DNA of 64,000 nucleotides. Origin: a virus. The stretch spans positions 64,001-128,000 of IMG/VR virus record IMGVR_UViG_3300027747_004779; one strand, written 5' to 3'. Positions 1-10,067 of this stretch are shown piece after piece; the stretch's first letter is position 1; each line of letters begins with the position of its first letter. The position numbers were made by a program, and so were the translations under genes. The notes beneath the pieces were generated by a model. The model saw only the letters and a program-made list of their open reading frames with translations. It was not told the origin of the DNA and searched no databases.

Positions 1-79
1 GATACTGCTTAAATGTGAGTTCTTTGACTCTTAAGTCTTTATCTAATGTTGGGGAATGAAAATTTAAATAAAATGACAT
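1..79 (-). CDS. Partial CDS (N-terminus MSFYLNFHSPTLDKDLRVKELTFKQY), possibly baseplate hub gp26-like
   Basis: Translated by hand; the ATG overlaps the stop of the upstream gene (TAATG); runs off the window edge. Confidence 0.45.
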   Translation of the reverse strand, partial: MSFYLNFHSPTLDKDLRVKELTFKQY

Positions 80-987
80 TATAAAAATCCGTACGGATTG
101 ATATAGCCAAGTCCGTTTTGAAAACTCGTGACTCGGGGTATCGATCCGTTAGATATTCTATTAACCAAATCACCAATAGGCAAGTAAAGATTGTTTTCTA
201 CTGCGTAATTCGAATATGTCCACCGTGTAGTGTATGTAGGCAATTTATCCTCTGCATAATCCATTGATTGCTCAGAAATTTGATAAGGAGTGCAGTTATA
301 GAATGTATAAACTTTTCTAGGTACCATCGATATACCTTGATACGTTTTAGTATATTGCAGTAAAGTCATATTAACTTTCATATTTTTAAGATCTTTTTGA
401 CCAGGGCGATCTCCCGGGCGTGCTGCCATACCAAAATGTGCTCCTAAGATTACCCAAGGTCTAATTACAAAGTCAACAAAAGAAGTATTAGTTTCGCGAA
501 AATCGACAACTAATGTATTATAATCGGGATTTCTTGGACCGCCTAAAATACCTGGTAAAAAGCCTGCATTGTTATTTACTGAAGCAGATCCCGGGGTATA
601 TTCTTCTGCAGGGACTGTAACTTCATGTGCGAATAAACAGCCTATTACTTTTTGCAAAGGGTAGCTTTTAAGTATATTAACGGCAGTACTGATGTCGTAC
701 CCCTTTTTACCACCGTCAGTTCTTTCTAGTCCTTGAATTATACTTGTACGCAATGCCGGAGGATATCTATCTATAACAACAATCCATTGTGTGGTATTAG
801 GAATCGCTGTAAACCATGATTCCATTTGTGTAAGAAAATAATCTCTTACGCTAATAATAGGAACACCGGGTATATTAAACCCAAAAAGATTAGTGACTTG
901 AGGGGCGAATAACGGGTTTGTACCGGTTACAAGGCCTTGAAAATTATTACCTAGACCATTGAGCGCGTCTGTTAATGGATTGTCCAC
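79..987 (-). CDS. Tail-tube-fold protein (gp19/gp54-like tube initiator)
   Basis: Tube-like pattern (VDFRET, YTFYNCTP, TTRWTY); adjacent to tube and sheath; TAAATA 5 nt upstream. Confidence 0.6.
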   Translation of the reverse strand: MDNPLTDALNGLGNNFQGLVTGTNPLFAPQVTNLFGFNIPGVPIISVRDYFLTQMESWFTAIPNTTQWIVVIDRYPPALRTSIIQGLERTDGGKKGYDISTAVNILKSYPLQKVIGCLFAHEVTVPAEEYTPGSASVNNNAGFLPGILGGPRNPDYNTLVVDFRETNTSFVDFVIRPWVILGAHFGMAARPGDRPGQKDLKNMKVNMTLLQYTKTYQGISMVPRKVYTFYNCTPYQISEQSMDYAEDKLPTYTTRWTYSNYAVENNLYLPIGDLVNRISNGSIPRVTSFQNGLGYINPYGFL

Positions 988-1013
988 CTAATTATTTAGG
1001 ACAAATTTACCAA

Positions 1014-1562
1014 TTACGAGGTTTTTCTCCAGTAATGATAGGAGAGAGTAGCAGTAAATTCAACAGTATTTCCAACACCTTCAGCAATTAGATAATTTAA
1101 AGGACCGACATTGCGTACAGAAACACCAACAAGTTGATACTGTGCGGTCTTGTTCATTTGGTTATCAAGCTGTACAAGATCCATTACAGCGGTCTGCTTC
1201 GGGGCGAAATAATTACCAGTTGAGTTTGAATCATTAAAGATATCTGATGACCACTGTTCAAACTTTTGACGAATCTGTGAATTAGCATCAGTATAGAATG
1301 TTAATTCATAAGCTTCACTGTTAGGATACGTAACATTACCAGGTAGGTTAAAATTTAATCCCATATACGGCACAGCAACATTGGTAATTGAACGAGCAGG
1401 TAAGGAAGCCGTCTTAACATAGATAAGATCGTTATTATCAAATGTTACTGTGCTCGCTCCACCGGTATTAATATTCAATACACGGAAGTTAAAATCACGT
1501 GCGAACTCACGTGTAGTTGCTGCTGTGTAAAAGTCTGTAATGAGTTGATTAACGTCTGCCAT
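1014..1562 (-). CDS. Tail tube protein (T4 gp19-like)
   Basis: VKTASLP, VPYMG..PG, IRQKFEQW, EFTATLSYHYW motifs; directly downstream of sheath. Confidence 0.85.
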   Translation of the reverse strand: MADVNQLITDFYTAATTREFARDFNFRVLNINTGGASTVTFDNNDLIYVKTASLPARSITNVAVPYMGLNFNLPGNVTYPNSEAYELTFYTDANSQIRQKFEQWSSDIFNDSNSTGNYFAPKQTAVMDLVQLDNQMNKTAQYQLVGVSVRNVGPLNYLIAEGVGNTVEFTATLSYHYWRKTS

Positions 1563-1577
1563 AAAATTATTTATCTA

Positions 1578-3869
1578 TTACGATACAATCTCCTGGAAGT
1601 TTGTACCAGTTCTTGTCGCATAGAAATTACAGAGGATGTATTCTGCTGATCTTACAGGTTTAATATAGATATCTACAACAATTGTATTGTCGTCGATTAC
1701 AGAAGGTGGATTATTGCGCTCATCGCAAATGAGAAGATAATCGTATATCCCTTGCGTATTCTTAGCATTATCAAATATCGGTGTTAAGCTATTTAGAACC
1801 TGTGTTCTTGTAAAGAGTGTATTAGGCTCAAATACGAAATATTTTACGGTATCTCTTGTTGCTGTCTCGAGATTTAAGAACAGACGGCGAACGTTAATAC
1901 GGTCAAACGCACTTGGCTTCTTCTGTAGAGTCTTTTGACCGAAGATTACAAACCCTTCTGATGGAAAGAACGTTACCGGGTTTAAATTAATCTTATAGAG
2001 GTTATCGCGTTGCTTCTGTTTCGGATAAATTGCAATATCAACAAGACCTGTTATCACACCGCGTGTAAAGCCGGCTGGTGCATACCAAGGTTGGAATGAA
2101 GAATCTGTATTTGCCATTGCGCCTGCAGCAAATCCCGAGAAAGGAACCCATACTTGCTGATTTGAAGCAATATCAGCTACTTTGCCGCAGTTTGCAAACG
2201 TACAAGCATAACTAGTATCAATACCGGCAAACTGATTCTTTAACGGCCAGTATACATTATCTGAGAATGTGTTTGTTGGTATATCTAAAACTTTAATATT
2301 CGCACCTTGTACAAATATGTTTGTAAAAGGATCGGCGAGAAAGATATGATCTTTGCGTGTTTGCGCGAGATTTAAAAACGCGTTAGCAACTGCAGCGTAT
2401 TGTGCAGCTGGTGTTGATACGCTTGAAGAATTCTGAATAGAAAGTGCTTCAACAGCTGCGTCATACGGAACTGTATCATCAAAGTAACCATATGTTGCAA
2501 GATTGAATGAATTAATATAGATTGTACCGAGACCAGCTTCACAGGTAATATTAATCGGATAGAGATCTACGTTATTAAGCTTTTCTGCAGCGCGATTAAC
2601 TTTACCTGGAACATTGCCAATAATTTTTGTAGCGAGATCTTGGTTGTCATATACACCAATGGGGAAGAGTGAAGCGGTAGATCCAAGATCAAAAAGAGCG
2701 GATGAAACATCGAACTGCGGTGCACCAACACGAGCAGTGTATTCAGCATCAGATTCGCCAGCGAGTGGGGTTGCAAGCGCTTGTGTTAAGAAACGAACTT
2801 TCTTTGTCGGTACACCGGAAAGATTAAGCCATGTTGTCTTATTCTTGTTTGAAATATTAGGATTAATTATGGTTGTAATATTAAGCGATGGACGGTCAAC
2901 AATTTCCATAAAAAAGCTAATAGCGGGGCCACCGTTTATACTGTTAATTTGCCTATTAGCATCAAATGAAGCTGTATAACCATCTTGTAAGAGGTAATCG
3001 AGAGCGATTGTATCAGGCGAAAAGACCGACTGGCGAAGTTTAAAAACACCGATTGTGGCAGTATCATCAAATTGATTAGATGAAATATCAAATGTAGGTA
3101 TATTTTCAAGTACTTCAGAAACACTTCCCTGTAGCCCTGTTGCATCAGCTGAAAGTGTAAAATTTAATCTTACATCAGGAATTCTTACATAATCAGTTCC
3201 AAAAATTGATGTTGAATTATTGTTGATTGAATAAACACTGTTAACATCATTAAATGGTGTTGCAGGGTTGAGATTTGTATTATCAATAATTCCAATATAT
3301 GTACCTTCGAACTTGCTGTTTATTGTTGATTGTGCTTTGTTAAGAACAATTAAACCAGCAGCGCTTAATGAAGCAACATTATCAAAGGTCGTTGTGCCGT
3401 ATGTATCATCGGCCCAAGTAAATCCATCGCCCTTCAATATTGAAAGATATTCAGTCTGTGAAAGTTGAATGTGTGTCGGTTCACCAAAGAAATATGTACT
3501 ATCGTCACCGGTTAGATCTGTAGTTAGTGCACCATGGCTATAAGCTTGTACAGGATATACTAATGCACTATATTCATTACTTGTATCAACGCCGAGACCT
3601 TCACCATAAGGTAGTCTATAAACTATTACGCTAGCAGAAGATTGTAGAGCTGCTTTGACAGAATGGTAAAAATATCTCTCTGCTCCATTAGTAGGTATAC
3701 CAAAAATTTGTTCAAATTCAGAAAGCGATGTTACTGTGATAGGTTCAGAAGAAGGTCCTTTAGAAGCGAATCCAGGTATAAATACTGTGGTTGCTGGGGT
3801 TCCTGTACCTCTCAAGGATAAATCTACTTCATTAATCTCGACTCCGGGGCTTTGAATTGTACGTGCCAT
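1578..3869 (-). CDS. Tail sheath protein (T4 gp18-like)
   Basis: SPGVEINEVD N-terminus; PWYAPAGFTRG, GQKTLQ, FDRINVRRLF, FVFEPN motifs. Confidence 0.97.
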   Translation of the reverse strand: MARTIQSPGVEINEVDLSLRGTGTPATTVFIPGFASKGPSSEPITVTSLSEFEQIFGIPTNGAERYFYHSVKAALQSSASVIVYRLPYGEGLGVDTSNEYSALVYPVQAYSHGALTTDLTGDDSTYFFGEPTHIQLSQTEYLSILKGDGFTWADDTYGTTTFDNVASLSAAGLIVLNKAQSTINSKFEGTYIGIIDNTNLNPATPFNDVNSVYSINNNSTSIFGTDYVRIPDVRLNFTLSADATGLQGSVSEVLENIPTFDISSNQFDDTATIGVFKLRQSVFSPDTIALDYLLQDGYTASFDANRQINSINGGPAISFFMEIVDRPSLNITTIINPNISNKNKTTWLNLSGVPTKKVRFLTQALATPLAGESDAEYTARVGAPQFDVSSALFDLGSTASLFPIGVYDNQDLATKIIGNVPGKVNRAAEKLNNVDLYPINITCEAGLGTIYINSFNLATYGYFDDTVPYDAAVEALSIQNSSSVSTPAAQYAAVANAFLNLAQTRKDHIFLADPFTNIFVQGANIKVLDIPTNTFSDNVYWPLKNQFAGIDTSYACTFANCGKVADIASNQQVWVPFSGFAAGAMANTDSSFQPWYAPAGFTRGVITGLVDIAIYPKQKQRDNLYKINLNPVTFFPSEGFVIFGQKTLQKKPSAFDRINVRRLFLNLETATRDTVKYFVFEPNTLFTRTQVLNSLTPIFDNAKNTQGIYDYLLICDERNNPPSVIDDNTIVVDIYIKPVRSAEYILCNFYATRTGTNFQEIVS

Positions 3870-3919
3870 ATAAAGTATTTATGTTTTTTCGGATAAAACT
3901 TTTTGGTTTTTTTGTTTTT

Positions 3920-4528
3920 TTATAGTATATCTACATCTTCAACTAATGAGATTACTAATTGTGAATAGGAAAATGTTACAAAAGATTCAACTTCACCGGA
4001 ATCACGGTGATTAAAGTTAACACCGCCAAGGGTTGTAGGAAATGCATTTAAGTACTTAAACTCTACTGTTCTTTTGTCGTATTCATCTAGAGCAAATATA
4101 GAAAGGTTAGCAGCATATACAAAATTAGCGCTATTATTACTACCTGGAGGGGGCACTAAATTGTCGGCATTAAAGATGTTTAGTTTAACGTCGTTTAAAA
4201 TATTTAACCATTTATATATGACCCAGTAATTATTAAATCTGTTGTCAACATCAAAATTTACAGTTATAGGTGGATACGGTTTTCTTGATTGGCTTGAAGC
4301 GGCTAATGTTTGGCCACCGTATCGTACATCTAAATGCGAAACTTCCATATCTGGTACAACAACACCGTAAACAGAGAACTGTAAAGAGTCAGGAATAATA
4401 TTTCTATTAGCGCGATCGAGCTTAGAAAATATTTCTTTAAGACCGTCAGGAAAATTTAATACGAGTAAAAATTTATCTTTACGCGCTTTATTAAAAGGAC
4501 TCTGTAAAAAATTAGTAGGTGTGGCCAT
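3920..4528 (-). CDS. Tail completion / tube terminator (T4 gp3-like)
   Basis: ITVNFDVD..F.NY..IYKWL and NAFPTTLGG motifs; start moved to 4528, 5 nt after TAAATA. Confidence 0.7.
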   Translation of the reverse strand: MATPTNFLQSPFNKARKDKFLLVLNFPDGLKEIFSKLDRANRNIIPDSLQFSVYGVVVPDMEVSHLDVRYGGQTLAASSQSRKPYPPITVNFDVDNRFNNYWVIYKWLNILNDVKLNIFNADNLVPPPGSNNSANFVYAANLSIFALDEYDKRTVEFKYLNAFPTTLGGVNFNHRDSGEVESFVTFSYSQLVISLVEDVDIL

Positions 4529-4539
4529 ATAGTTATTTA

Positions 4540-6246
4540 TTAAAGCCTTGTCCAACCCTGTGACTCTAAATCGGTAATTTCGTTAAAATCATTACTATTA
4601 TCACCTTGCATAACAATGGGAAGAGGCGGTGTACCCATGCCTCCATCTTTTTCGTTACTGTAGATTGACGCAGGGTTTATAAAATATTTTATACCAAAGT
4701 CAAGTGATTTAATTCTTTGTGGCTTTTTATTTGCATCGTATTCTGCTATTTCAAAATACTTCTCAACGAGATCATTTTCTAAAATCATTAATGCCCACAT
4801 TAAGCTCATTACCCGGTCATCCCAATTATCTGCTCCAGGTTTAGCTGCCCAGGTGCCGTTAGGATAACGTACAAATCCTTTTAGCTCATTTAATGTCTTA
4901 AGATCTCTAATTTTTAAAACTTTTAATTCTCCCATCCAGTAGCGCATATTCATAACACCTTTATATTTTGTGTTAGTATGGGCTTGTACGCCAATTTTAT
5001 TAAAATTAACAGGGCCAGCTTTTATCCCGTAAGAAACAATATTTTCATAATTTAAAGTATTTTTAAGTTGGTCAACGACTTGCGCACCGCAATTATTTCT
5101 TTCAATCATAGCAAGAGGCGATCCCCAATGCTGTAATATTTCATGTAACTTGGTTGTAAAGTTGTATGGGCTAATTGTTCTATCGTGATAGATGGCAACT
5201 TGCTTAATTTCTCTTAGATCAGTGATATCTAGTATTTGTACAACGCTAGCAGCCTCACCAACACCTTCACTTATATCAACACCTGCAACATAAATTTTTT
5301 CTTTATTCGGTTCGTCCCACATCAGATATTTGCCTTCATTAAAAACAAATTTTGGTTCTGTGCATTCACCTTTCATCTCTTCAAACAGCTTTTCGTCTAG
5401 CGCACTTTCACCGGTCTGTAGGAAAACATTTCCAAACTCTTGATCAAAAACTTCTCTACTACCTAAAGTACGAATTGTTTTTTCTTTCCACGCTTCATCA
5501 CGACCAGGAAATTCCCACCAATCAACTTTTTCCGCTTTCCAATCATTCTTACCATCAATAGCACCGGAGTAAAGTTCGTGAAAAAGATTTCCTGTACCGT
5601 TTGGCGTTGACGCCACAAATATTTTGGACTTCTTAGAGGATGATATGATGGGGTACACAGAGCTCCAGAATTGCTCCACCAGATGATTGTCAATGAAAGC
5701 CAACTCGTCCAAAATGAGCACATTGCAGCTGTCACCTCGGCCGGCATCACTGCTGGTGGTGGATATGCCAATGCTGCTTCCATTGCCAAGTGACATGGCA
5801 GTTTTGCCATATTCTACTGCTCCTGGTTTGAGGTAGTTGGGCAGCTTCTCATAAGCCATGCGTATTCTCTTGAAAATGTTGATGGCTGTTTGTTCTTTGT
5901 TTGCCACAACCAAAATGCGTTGGTCCTCAAAGAAACATGCAATCCACAATGCATATATGGTCATCAATGTGGTTTTGCCCACTTGTCTTGATGCTAATAG
6001 GCAAACAAATCTACTATCTCTGAGACTTCTTAAAATACGCTTTTGATAACTGTGAAGCTTAATTTTCATCTTACCTTCATCAAGATTAGTAATAAAGAAA
6101 AAGTTCTCTGCAAAGTATAAGACATTCTTTCTCGATTTAGCTATATCCTCTACCCATTCAGGGTGTTCAGAATAATCAAAGACAGCCTCTGAGGTAGGTA
6201 AATTCTCATTCCCTAAATAAAACTTATTTTCTGGTTTTTTAGGCAT
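4540..6246 (-). CDS. terL: Terminase large subunit (T4 gp17-like)
   Basis: Walker A SRQVGKTT, Walker B LILDELAF, STPNG, nuclease GVDISEG and DDRVMS. Confidence 0.97.
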   Translation of the reverse strand: MPKKPENKFYLGNENLPTSEAVFDYSEHPEWVEDIAKSRKNVLYFAENFFFITNLDEGKMKIKLHSYQKRILRSLRDSRFVCLLASRQVGKTTLMTIYALWIACFFEDQRILVVANKEQTAINIFKRIRMAYEKLPNYLKPGAVEYGKTAMSLGNGSSIGISTTSSDAGRGDSCNVLILDELAFIDNHLVEQFWSSVYPIISSSKKSKIFVASTPNGTGNLFHELYSGAIDGKNDWKAEKVDWWEFPGRDEAWKEKTIRTLGSREVFDQEFGNVFLQTGESALDEKLFEEMKGECTEPKFVFNEGKYLMWDEPNKEKIYVAGVDISEGVGEAASVVQILDITDLREIKQVAIYHDRTISPYNFTTKLHEILQHWGSPLAMIERNNCGAQVVDQLKNTLNYENIVSYGIKAGPVNFNKIGVQAHTNTKYKGVMNMRYWMGELKVLKIRDLKTLNELKGFVRYPNGTWAAKPGADNWDDRVMSLMWALMILENDLVEKYFEIAEYDANKKPQRIKSLDFGIKYFINPASIYSNEKDGGMGTPPLPIVMQGDNSNDFNEITDLESQGWTRL

Positions 6247-6266
6247 ATATCTATTAAATACTTAAT

Positions 6267-7163
6267 ATGAACCAGACTAGAACGCTAGTAGAAATGGGTG
6301 ACTTCTATGAAAAGAGTGTCATCGAAGAAAAGAAATCAGTATTCCCCCCTAAGGGTACTTTTAAGAAGGCTGAAGATAAAAAGCCTGTTGAAGCTACTGC
6401 TGATAAAAAAGCGTTCGTCCAAAAAGATTCTGGCCCGGAAAACGCTGACGGCTTTAAGAAAGATCTTATTGATCCTAAGACAGAGAAAAAAGAAAATTTC
6501 TTTGAACCTAAGAAATTCTCACAAAACTATGAAAAAACAGAAGTACAAACAATAAATAATTGTATGAGCAAATCTATTTTTGACAAATTGTATGAGGATG
6601 TAATGTCCGATCAAGCCGTTGACACCGACACCACAGATGCCGCTGCCCTCGGTTTGCCTTCAGTTGACGCTGGAGAAGGTGAAACAAAGGAAGAAGTAAC
6701 ATTAACTCTTCCGCATGATTTAGCTGTTAAGCTTCATGAACTTCTCGCCACTGTAATCGGTGGTGAAGAAACATCCGGAGAAGAAACGGGTGAAGAAGCC
6801 GGTGCTGAAGATAGCGAAATGGCCGCTGCTGAAGGTGCTGATGAAGATAACGAAGAAAAAGAAGAGGATAAGGAAGAAGAAGAAGTAGCAAAAGAAGCTA
6901 CTGAACTTAAGGAAGTTCCTGCCTCAGCCGGTCAAGGCCTTCAGAAGAAGGATAATAAGGTCGGTGATGTAACAAAGAGTTTAGTATCACACGGTGCTGG
7001 TGATGGTAAAGTCACTGACAAATGTGGTAATGATGGTGAAAAAGGCCATGCTCTAGTAGGAAGCGGTGTAAAGGGTGGTGCCTCAACATCGCCTAAGGGC
7101 AAAGCTAACGTAGTTAGCAGCAAGACATCGAAGGTTGGTTCGTATCTCGCTGGTTTAAAATAA
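6267..7163 (+). CDS. Acidic late protein, putative prohead core/internal protein, with a nested second start at 6564
   Basis: Glu-rich centre and Lys/Gly-rich tail; TAAATA before both starts; strong terminator downstream. Confidence 0.55.
   Translation: MNQTRTLVEMGDFYEKSVIEEKKSVFPPKGTFKKAEDKKPVEATADKKAFVQKDSGPENADGFKKDLIDPKTEKKENFFEPKKFSQNYEKTEVQTINNCMSKSIFDKLYEDVMSDQAVDTDTTDAAALGLPSVDAGEGETKEEVTLTLPHDLAVKLHELLATVIGGEETSGEETGEEAGAEDSEMAAAEGADEDNEEKEEDKEEEEVAKEATELKEVPASAGQGLQKKDNKVGDVTKSLVSHGAGDGKVTDKCGNDGEKGHALVGSGVKGGASTSPKGKANVVSSKTSKVGSYLAGLK
6553..6558 (+). promoter_or_regulatory. Intragenic late promoter TAAATA
   Basis: 5 nt before the in-frame ATG at 6564, the same geometry as other late genes. 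Confidence 0.65.
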
Positions 7164-7190
7164 ACTAACTAATCAAAAATAGTAAAAATT

Positions 7191-7221
7191 AGGGCCTAAG
7201 TCAAATTAGGCCCTTTTTTTT
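7191..7221 (+). terminator. Intrinsic terminator
   Basis: AGGGCCTAA-gtcaaa-TTAGGCCCT 9 bp stem followed by a T run. Confidence 0.9.
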
Positions 7222-7235
7222 GCTTAAATATCTAT

Positions 7236-7562
7236 ATGACGTTTAAGAAATATTATATTGAAAACACTGACATAGGAATGAAGAAGCGTCATATGAATCC
7301 TATAGGTAGAGATGTAAGTTCGCATTCCAAGCATCCTGGTAGATTTGTACCACACATGCACAGAACAATAAAGAAAAATCAGAAAGTAGAAAGCCTATTA
7401 AACAAACCATCAGGTAGAATAGTTTTAAATGTACAGGATATTGCAGAGATTGAAAAGGAGTTTAATCTTAATTTTGATCAGCAAGCGCCTAAAAAGCTTG
7501 GTAATACAGGCATTACTATAAAGTTTGATCCAATACTATATAAGGCTATCTTAGAGAAATAA
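7236..7562 (+). CDS. Hypothetical late protein with capsid-targeting-like leader
   Basis: ORF; TAAATA 5 nt upstream; starts MTFKKYYIE. Confidence 0.7.
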   Translation: MTFKKYYIENTDIGMKKRHMNPIGRDVSSHSKHPGRFVPHMHRTIKKNQKVESLLNKPSGRIVLNVQDIAEIEKEFNLNFDQQAPKKLGNTGITIKFDPILYKAILEK

Positions 7563-7563
7563 T

Positions 7564-8283
7564 ATGGAAAGTAAAGATTATTATACAGGTAATCCAGAAC
7601 CTAAAATATATCCTTTCTTTTACGAGGAAAATTGCTTTAGATATACAGACAAGGAGAACAATGCATGTGAACGAAACACAATCTCTAACTATTGGAGAGA
7701 ACAGATAAATCTTTATGGTCAAAAAGTAGGGTATATTGTTAATAATACAACAACGTTAAGTGCAGATATGCTATACGGTGAGCATCCTACACAAGCATAT
7801 TCGCCACCTCAGTATATTGTCATCGCCATGAATTTAAACGAGAATGCCTTAATGCTAAGTAAGTTTGGATTAGTATCAGATGATGAAGTAACAGCGTTTA
7901 TTCATATAAGCGCGTTCTATGATACGTTTGGCTTTGGTGCAGAACCTAAATCAGGTGATCTATTTCAGTTAACGGAGTATGGTAGTGATAGACCAGGTGG
8001 TAGAAATGGTAATATATACGAAATTACACAACGATTAGATCAAGATATTGCACAGATTAATCCATTAGCCGGTCATTATGTTTGGTTGATTAAAGCAAAA
8101 CGTTTTGAATATTCTTTTGAACCGGGCGTTACACCGGAAGCTCAGAATCAACAAATATTCGATGACACTAAAAACCCTGCTGCTTCAGGTGCTGATAAGC
8201 CTTATACATATTCTGTTGATGTAGCATCAAAAGCTGTCTTCAACTCTGATACAGATTATTCAAATGTATATGGTGGGTATTAA
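7564..8283 (+). CDS. Neck / head closure protein (T4 gp14-like)
   Basis: EQINLYG, DMLYGE, LSKFGL, EPKSGDL and FEYS motifs. Confidence 0.85.
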   Translation: MESKDYYTGNPEPKIYPFFYEENCFRYTDKENNACERNTISNYWREQINLYGQKVGYIVNNTTTLSADMLYGEHPTQAYSPPQYIVIAMNLNENALMLSKFGLVSDDEVTAFIHISAFYDTFGFGAEPKSGDLFQLTEYGSDRPGGRNGNIYEITQRLDQDIAQINPLAGHYVWLIKAKRFEYSFEPGVTPEAQNQQIFDDTKNPAASGADKPYTYSVDVASKAVFNSDTDYSNVYGGY

Positions 8284-8558
8284 TCTAATCTAAAAAATTC
8301 GTCTAATTCAGCTTTTGAAGCAGGTAGCTTTTCGTTACGATATTTAGCAATAAATTGATCACCTTCGTTGCAGCTTAAAAACAAAACATCAATAACAACG
8401 CCGTTAGACCCTTTAAACTTATAATTATATTGCTCTTCTACTTTATTTATGTTTAGTAAAGCATATGTAACACCAGGTACAAATTGTTTGTCGCGAACGC
8501 CGCGAGCAAACTTAATACCAGGCGTTACTGCGAAACGAGTTCCGACGATGTAGTGCAT
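8280..8558 (-). CDS. Hypothetical protein
   Basis: ORF in a chain of overlapping genes. Confidence 0.65.
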   Translation of the reverse strand: MHYIVGTRFAVTPGIKFARGVRDKQFVPGVTYALLNINKVEEQYNYKFKGSNGVVIDVLFLSCNEGDQFIAKYRNEKLPASKAELDEFFRLD

Positions 8559-8845
8559 GTGTCAGGTTTTACTATTACGGGGATACGTACATTTTCATGA
8601 TTACCGACTTCATCAATCATTGATTCATATCGCTCTGTAATATATTTTTGAAATGCTAGCGGCTTAACCCAATCGACATCTTTACCCTGCAAATCAACTT
8701 TAAACTGCGAAGCTTTTTTCGTAATATAATCAAGTGCTTCAATTAAACAAAGCCAACGAGTATATTCTTCTACTTTTAGCTTATGTTTTTTTGTTTTTGT
8801 TTCAACAGTTATATATTTTTTTAATGGTTCCAATTGCATATCCAA
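8525..8845 (-). CDS. Hypothetical protein
   Basis: ORF in a chain of overlapping genes. Confidence 0.65.
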   Translation of the reverse strand: MDMQLEPLKKYITVETKTKKHKLKVEEYTRWLCLIEALDYITKKASQFKVDLQGKDVDWVKPLAFQKYITERYESMIDEVGNHENVRIPVIVKPDTCTTSSELVSQ

Positions 8846-9254
8846 GTATTATCAAGGAAATCTGTTTAGGGTCAAGAAGATTCTTTTGTTCATTTAAATT
8901 AATTATAACGCTATAGAGCGCGTCGAACCCTTGCTGCACTGCGTCAATAGTTTGCTTCAACCCTGTATTAATACCGTCTTTATATTCCTCATTAACGCTA
9001 CTTTCTTTAAGAGATTTTATATAGGCCTCACAAAGCATCTTTATATAATTTTTAATAATTTGTCTATCGGATTTAACGTCTGAATTAAAATACGCTAAAC
9101 CAAATTCAAAATCTGTAAGTTCTTTTGTGGTGAGTGCTCGTCTAACTAAAAGAACAAGATCATCTAGTACTAACGGTGGTGTCTGTATTTTAGGTGTTAA
9201 TGCGCTTGCAGATATATCTGTCGTTAATTTATCAATACTTTCAGGAAGCTGCAT
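8802..9254 (-). CDS. Hypothetical protein
   Basis: ORF; likely start MQLPES at 9254. Confidence 0.6.
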   Translation of the reverse strand: MQLPESIDKLTTDISASALTPKIQTPPLVLDDLVLLVRRALTTKELTDFEFGLAYFNSDVKSDRQIIKNYIKMLCEAYIKSLKESSVNEEYKDGINTGLKQTIDAVQQGFDALYSVIINLNEQKNLLDPKQISLIILGYAIGTIKKIYNC

Positions 9255-9669
9255 TTTTAATTTTCTCCAGTAAAGCGGGCTCAATGTTAGTTGCGATTAC
9301 GGGCTCAGTTACAACTGCTGTTTCTGTTGTGGTATGCACGCTTATAGTCTTGCTACATTCCCGGCATTTATAATAATTCGCAGTATTGAATCTAAAAGGT
9401 ACAATATCGGTAACTTGCTTAAAGCAGGGGCACATGACTTCAATACTCTGAAAAGACATTTCTCGCAATTTTTCAACCTCAAGCTTTTTAGCTTTTATTA
9501 TAATGTAAAGGTTGAGTAAGTTTGAATATAAATAAAACCCTAATATTTGTGCGCTAGCACCAATAAAAATACCAACGAAAAAATTTAAATGTATAGTATT
9601 AAAAATAAATCCGCAAAAAAGTGAAACGGATATTAAAGCTAATAGCTGTAGCGCTAACTTTTTAAACAT
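9241..9669 (-). CDS. Membrane protein with two TM helices and a Zn-ribbon-like domain
   Basis: Hydrophobic first ~55 aa; CPC and CREC motifs. Confidence 0.65.
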   Translation of the reverse strand: MFKKLALQLLALISVSLFCGFIFNTIHLNFFVGIFIGASAQILGFYLYSNLLNLYIIIKAKKLEVEKLREMSFQSIEVMCPCFKQVTDIVPFRFNTANYYKCRECSKTISVHTTTETAVVTEPVIATNIEPALLEKIKNAAS

Positions 9670-9689
9670 TATAATATTATAATGACTTC

Positions 9690-10067
9690 TTATTTTTTTG
9701 CAACCGGTTTCTCAGTAGCGTAAAATATTTTTTTTAACTCAACAATAATATTGGAAAGCTTTTCAATGACAGACATGACTTGCTCTTTTGCCGCATCATT
9801 TTCCTGGACAACAGGATTATTAAGTGACGCTTTGAAAAGCATGCGTGCGTTGCAGGCATTAATATATAGATCACCAAGCTGGCCGATAACGTTAGGCAAT
9901 GGATAAGGTAGGGGCTTATCTGCTTTAGCACTATTGGGATCTTGATCTACCGACTTATCAAATAAATCTTTTAAAGTAACTCTTTGAGTTGCAAGCTCTC
10001 TTGAAGCAATACCTGAAGTCCATTTATTGTAGTTTAAAACCTCTTCAAATAAAAGCTTTCGTTTCAC
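9690..10067 (-). CDS. Hypothetical late protein
   Basis: GTG start 5 nt after TAAATA. Confidence 0.7.
   Translation of the reverse strand: MKRKLLFEEVLNYNKWTSGIASRELATQRVTLKDLFDKSVDQDPNSAKADKPLPYPLPNVIGQLGDLYINACNARMLFKASLNNPVVQENDAAKEQVMSVIEKLSNIIVELKKIFYATEKPVAKK

Noticed and set aside
2567-3468. Short alternative-frame ORFs inside the sheath gene, and similar ones inside gp43, gp46, gp41 and uvsX
   Set aside because: They lie wholly within well-supported genes and have no promoter or recognisable motif
4540-6246. Intein or intron in terL
   Set aside because: The ORF is continuous and of normal length with no splicing motifs; only the composition shift is real
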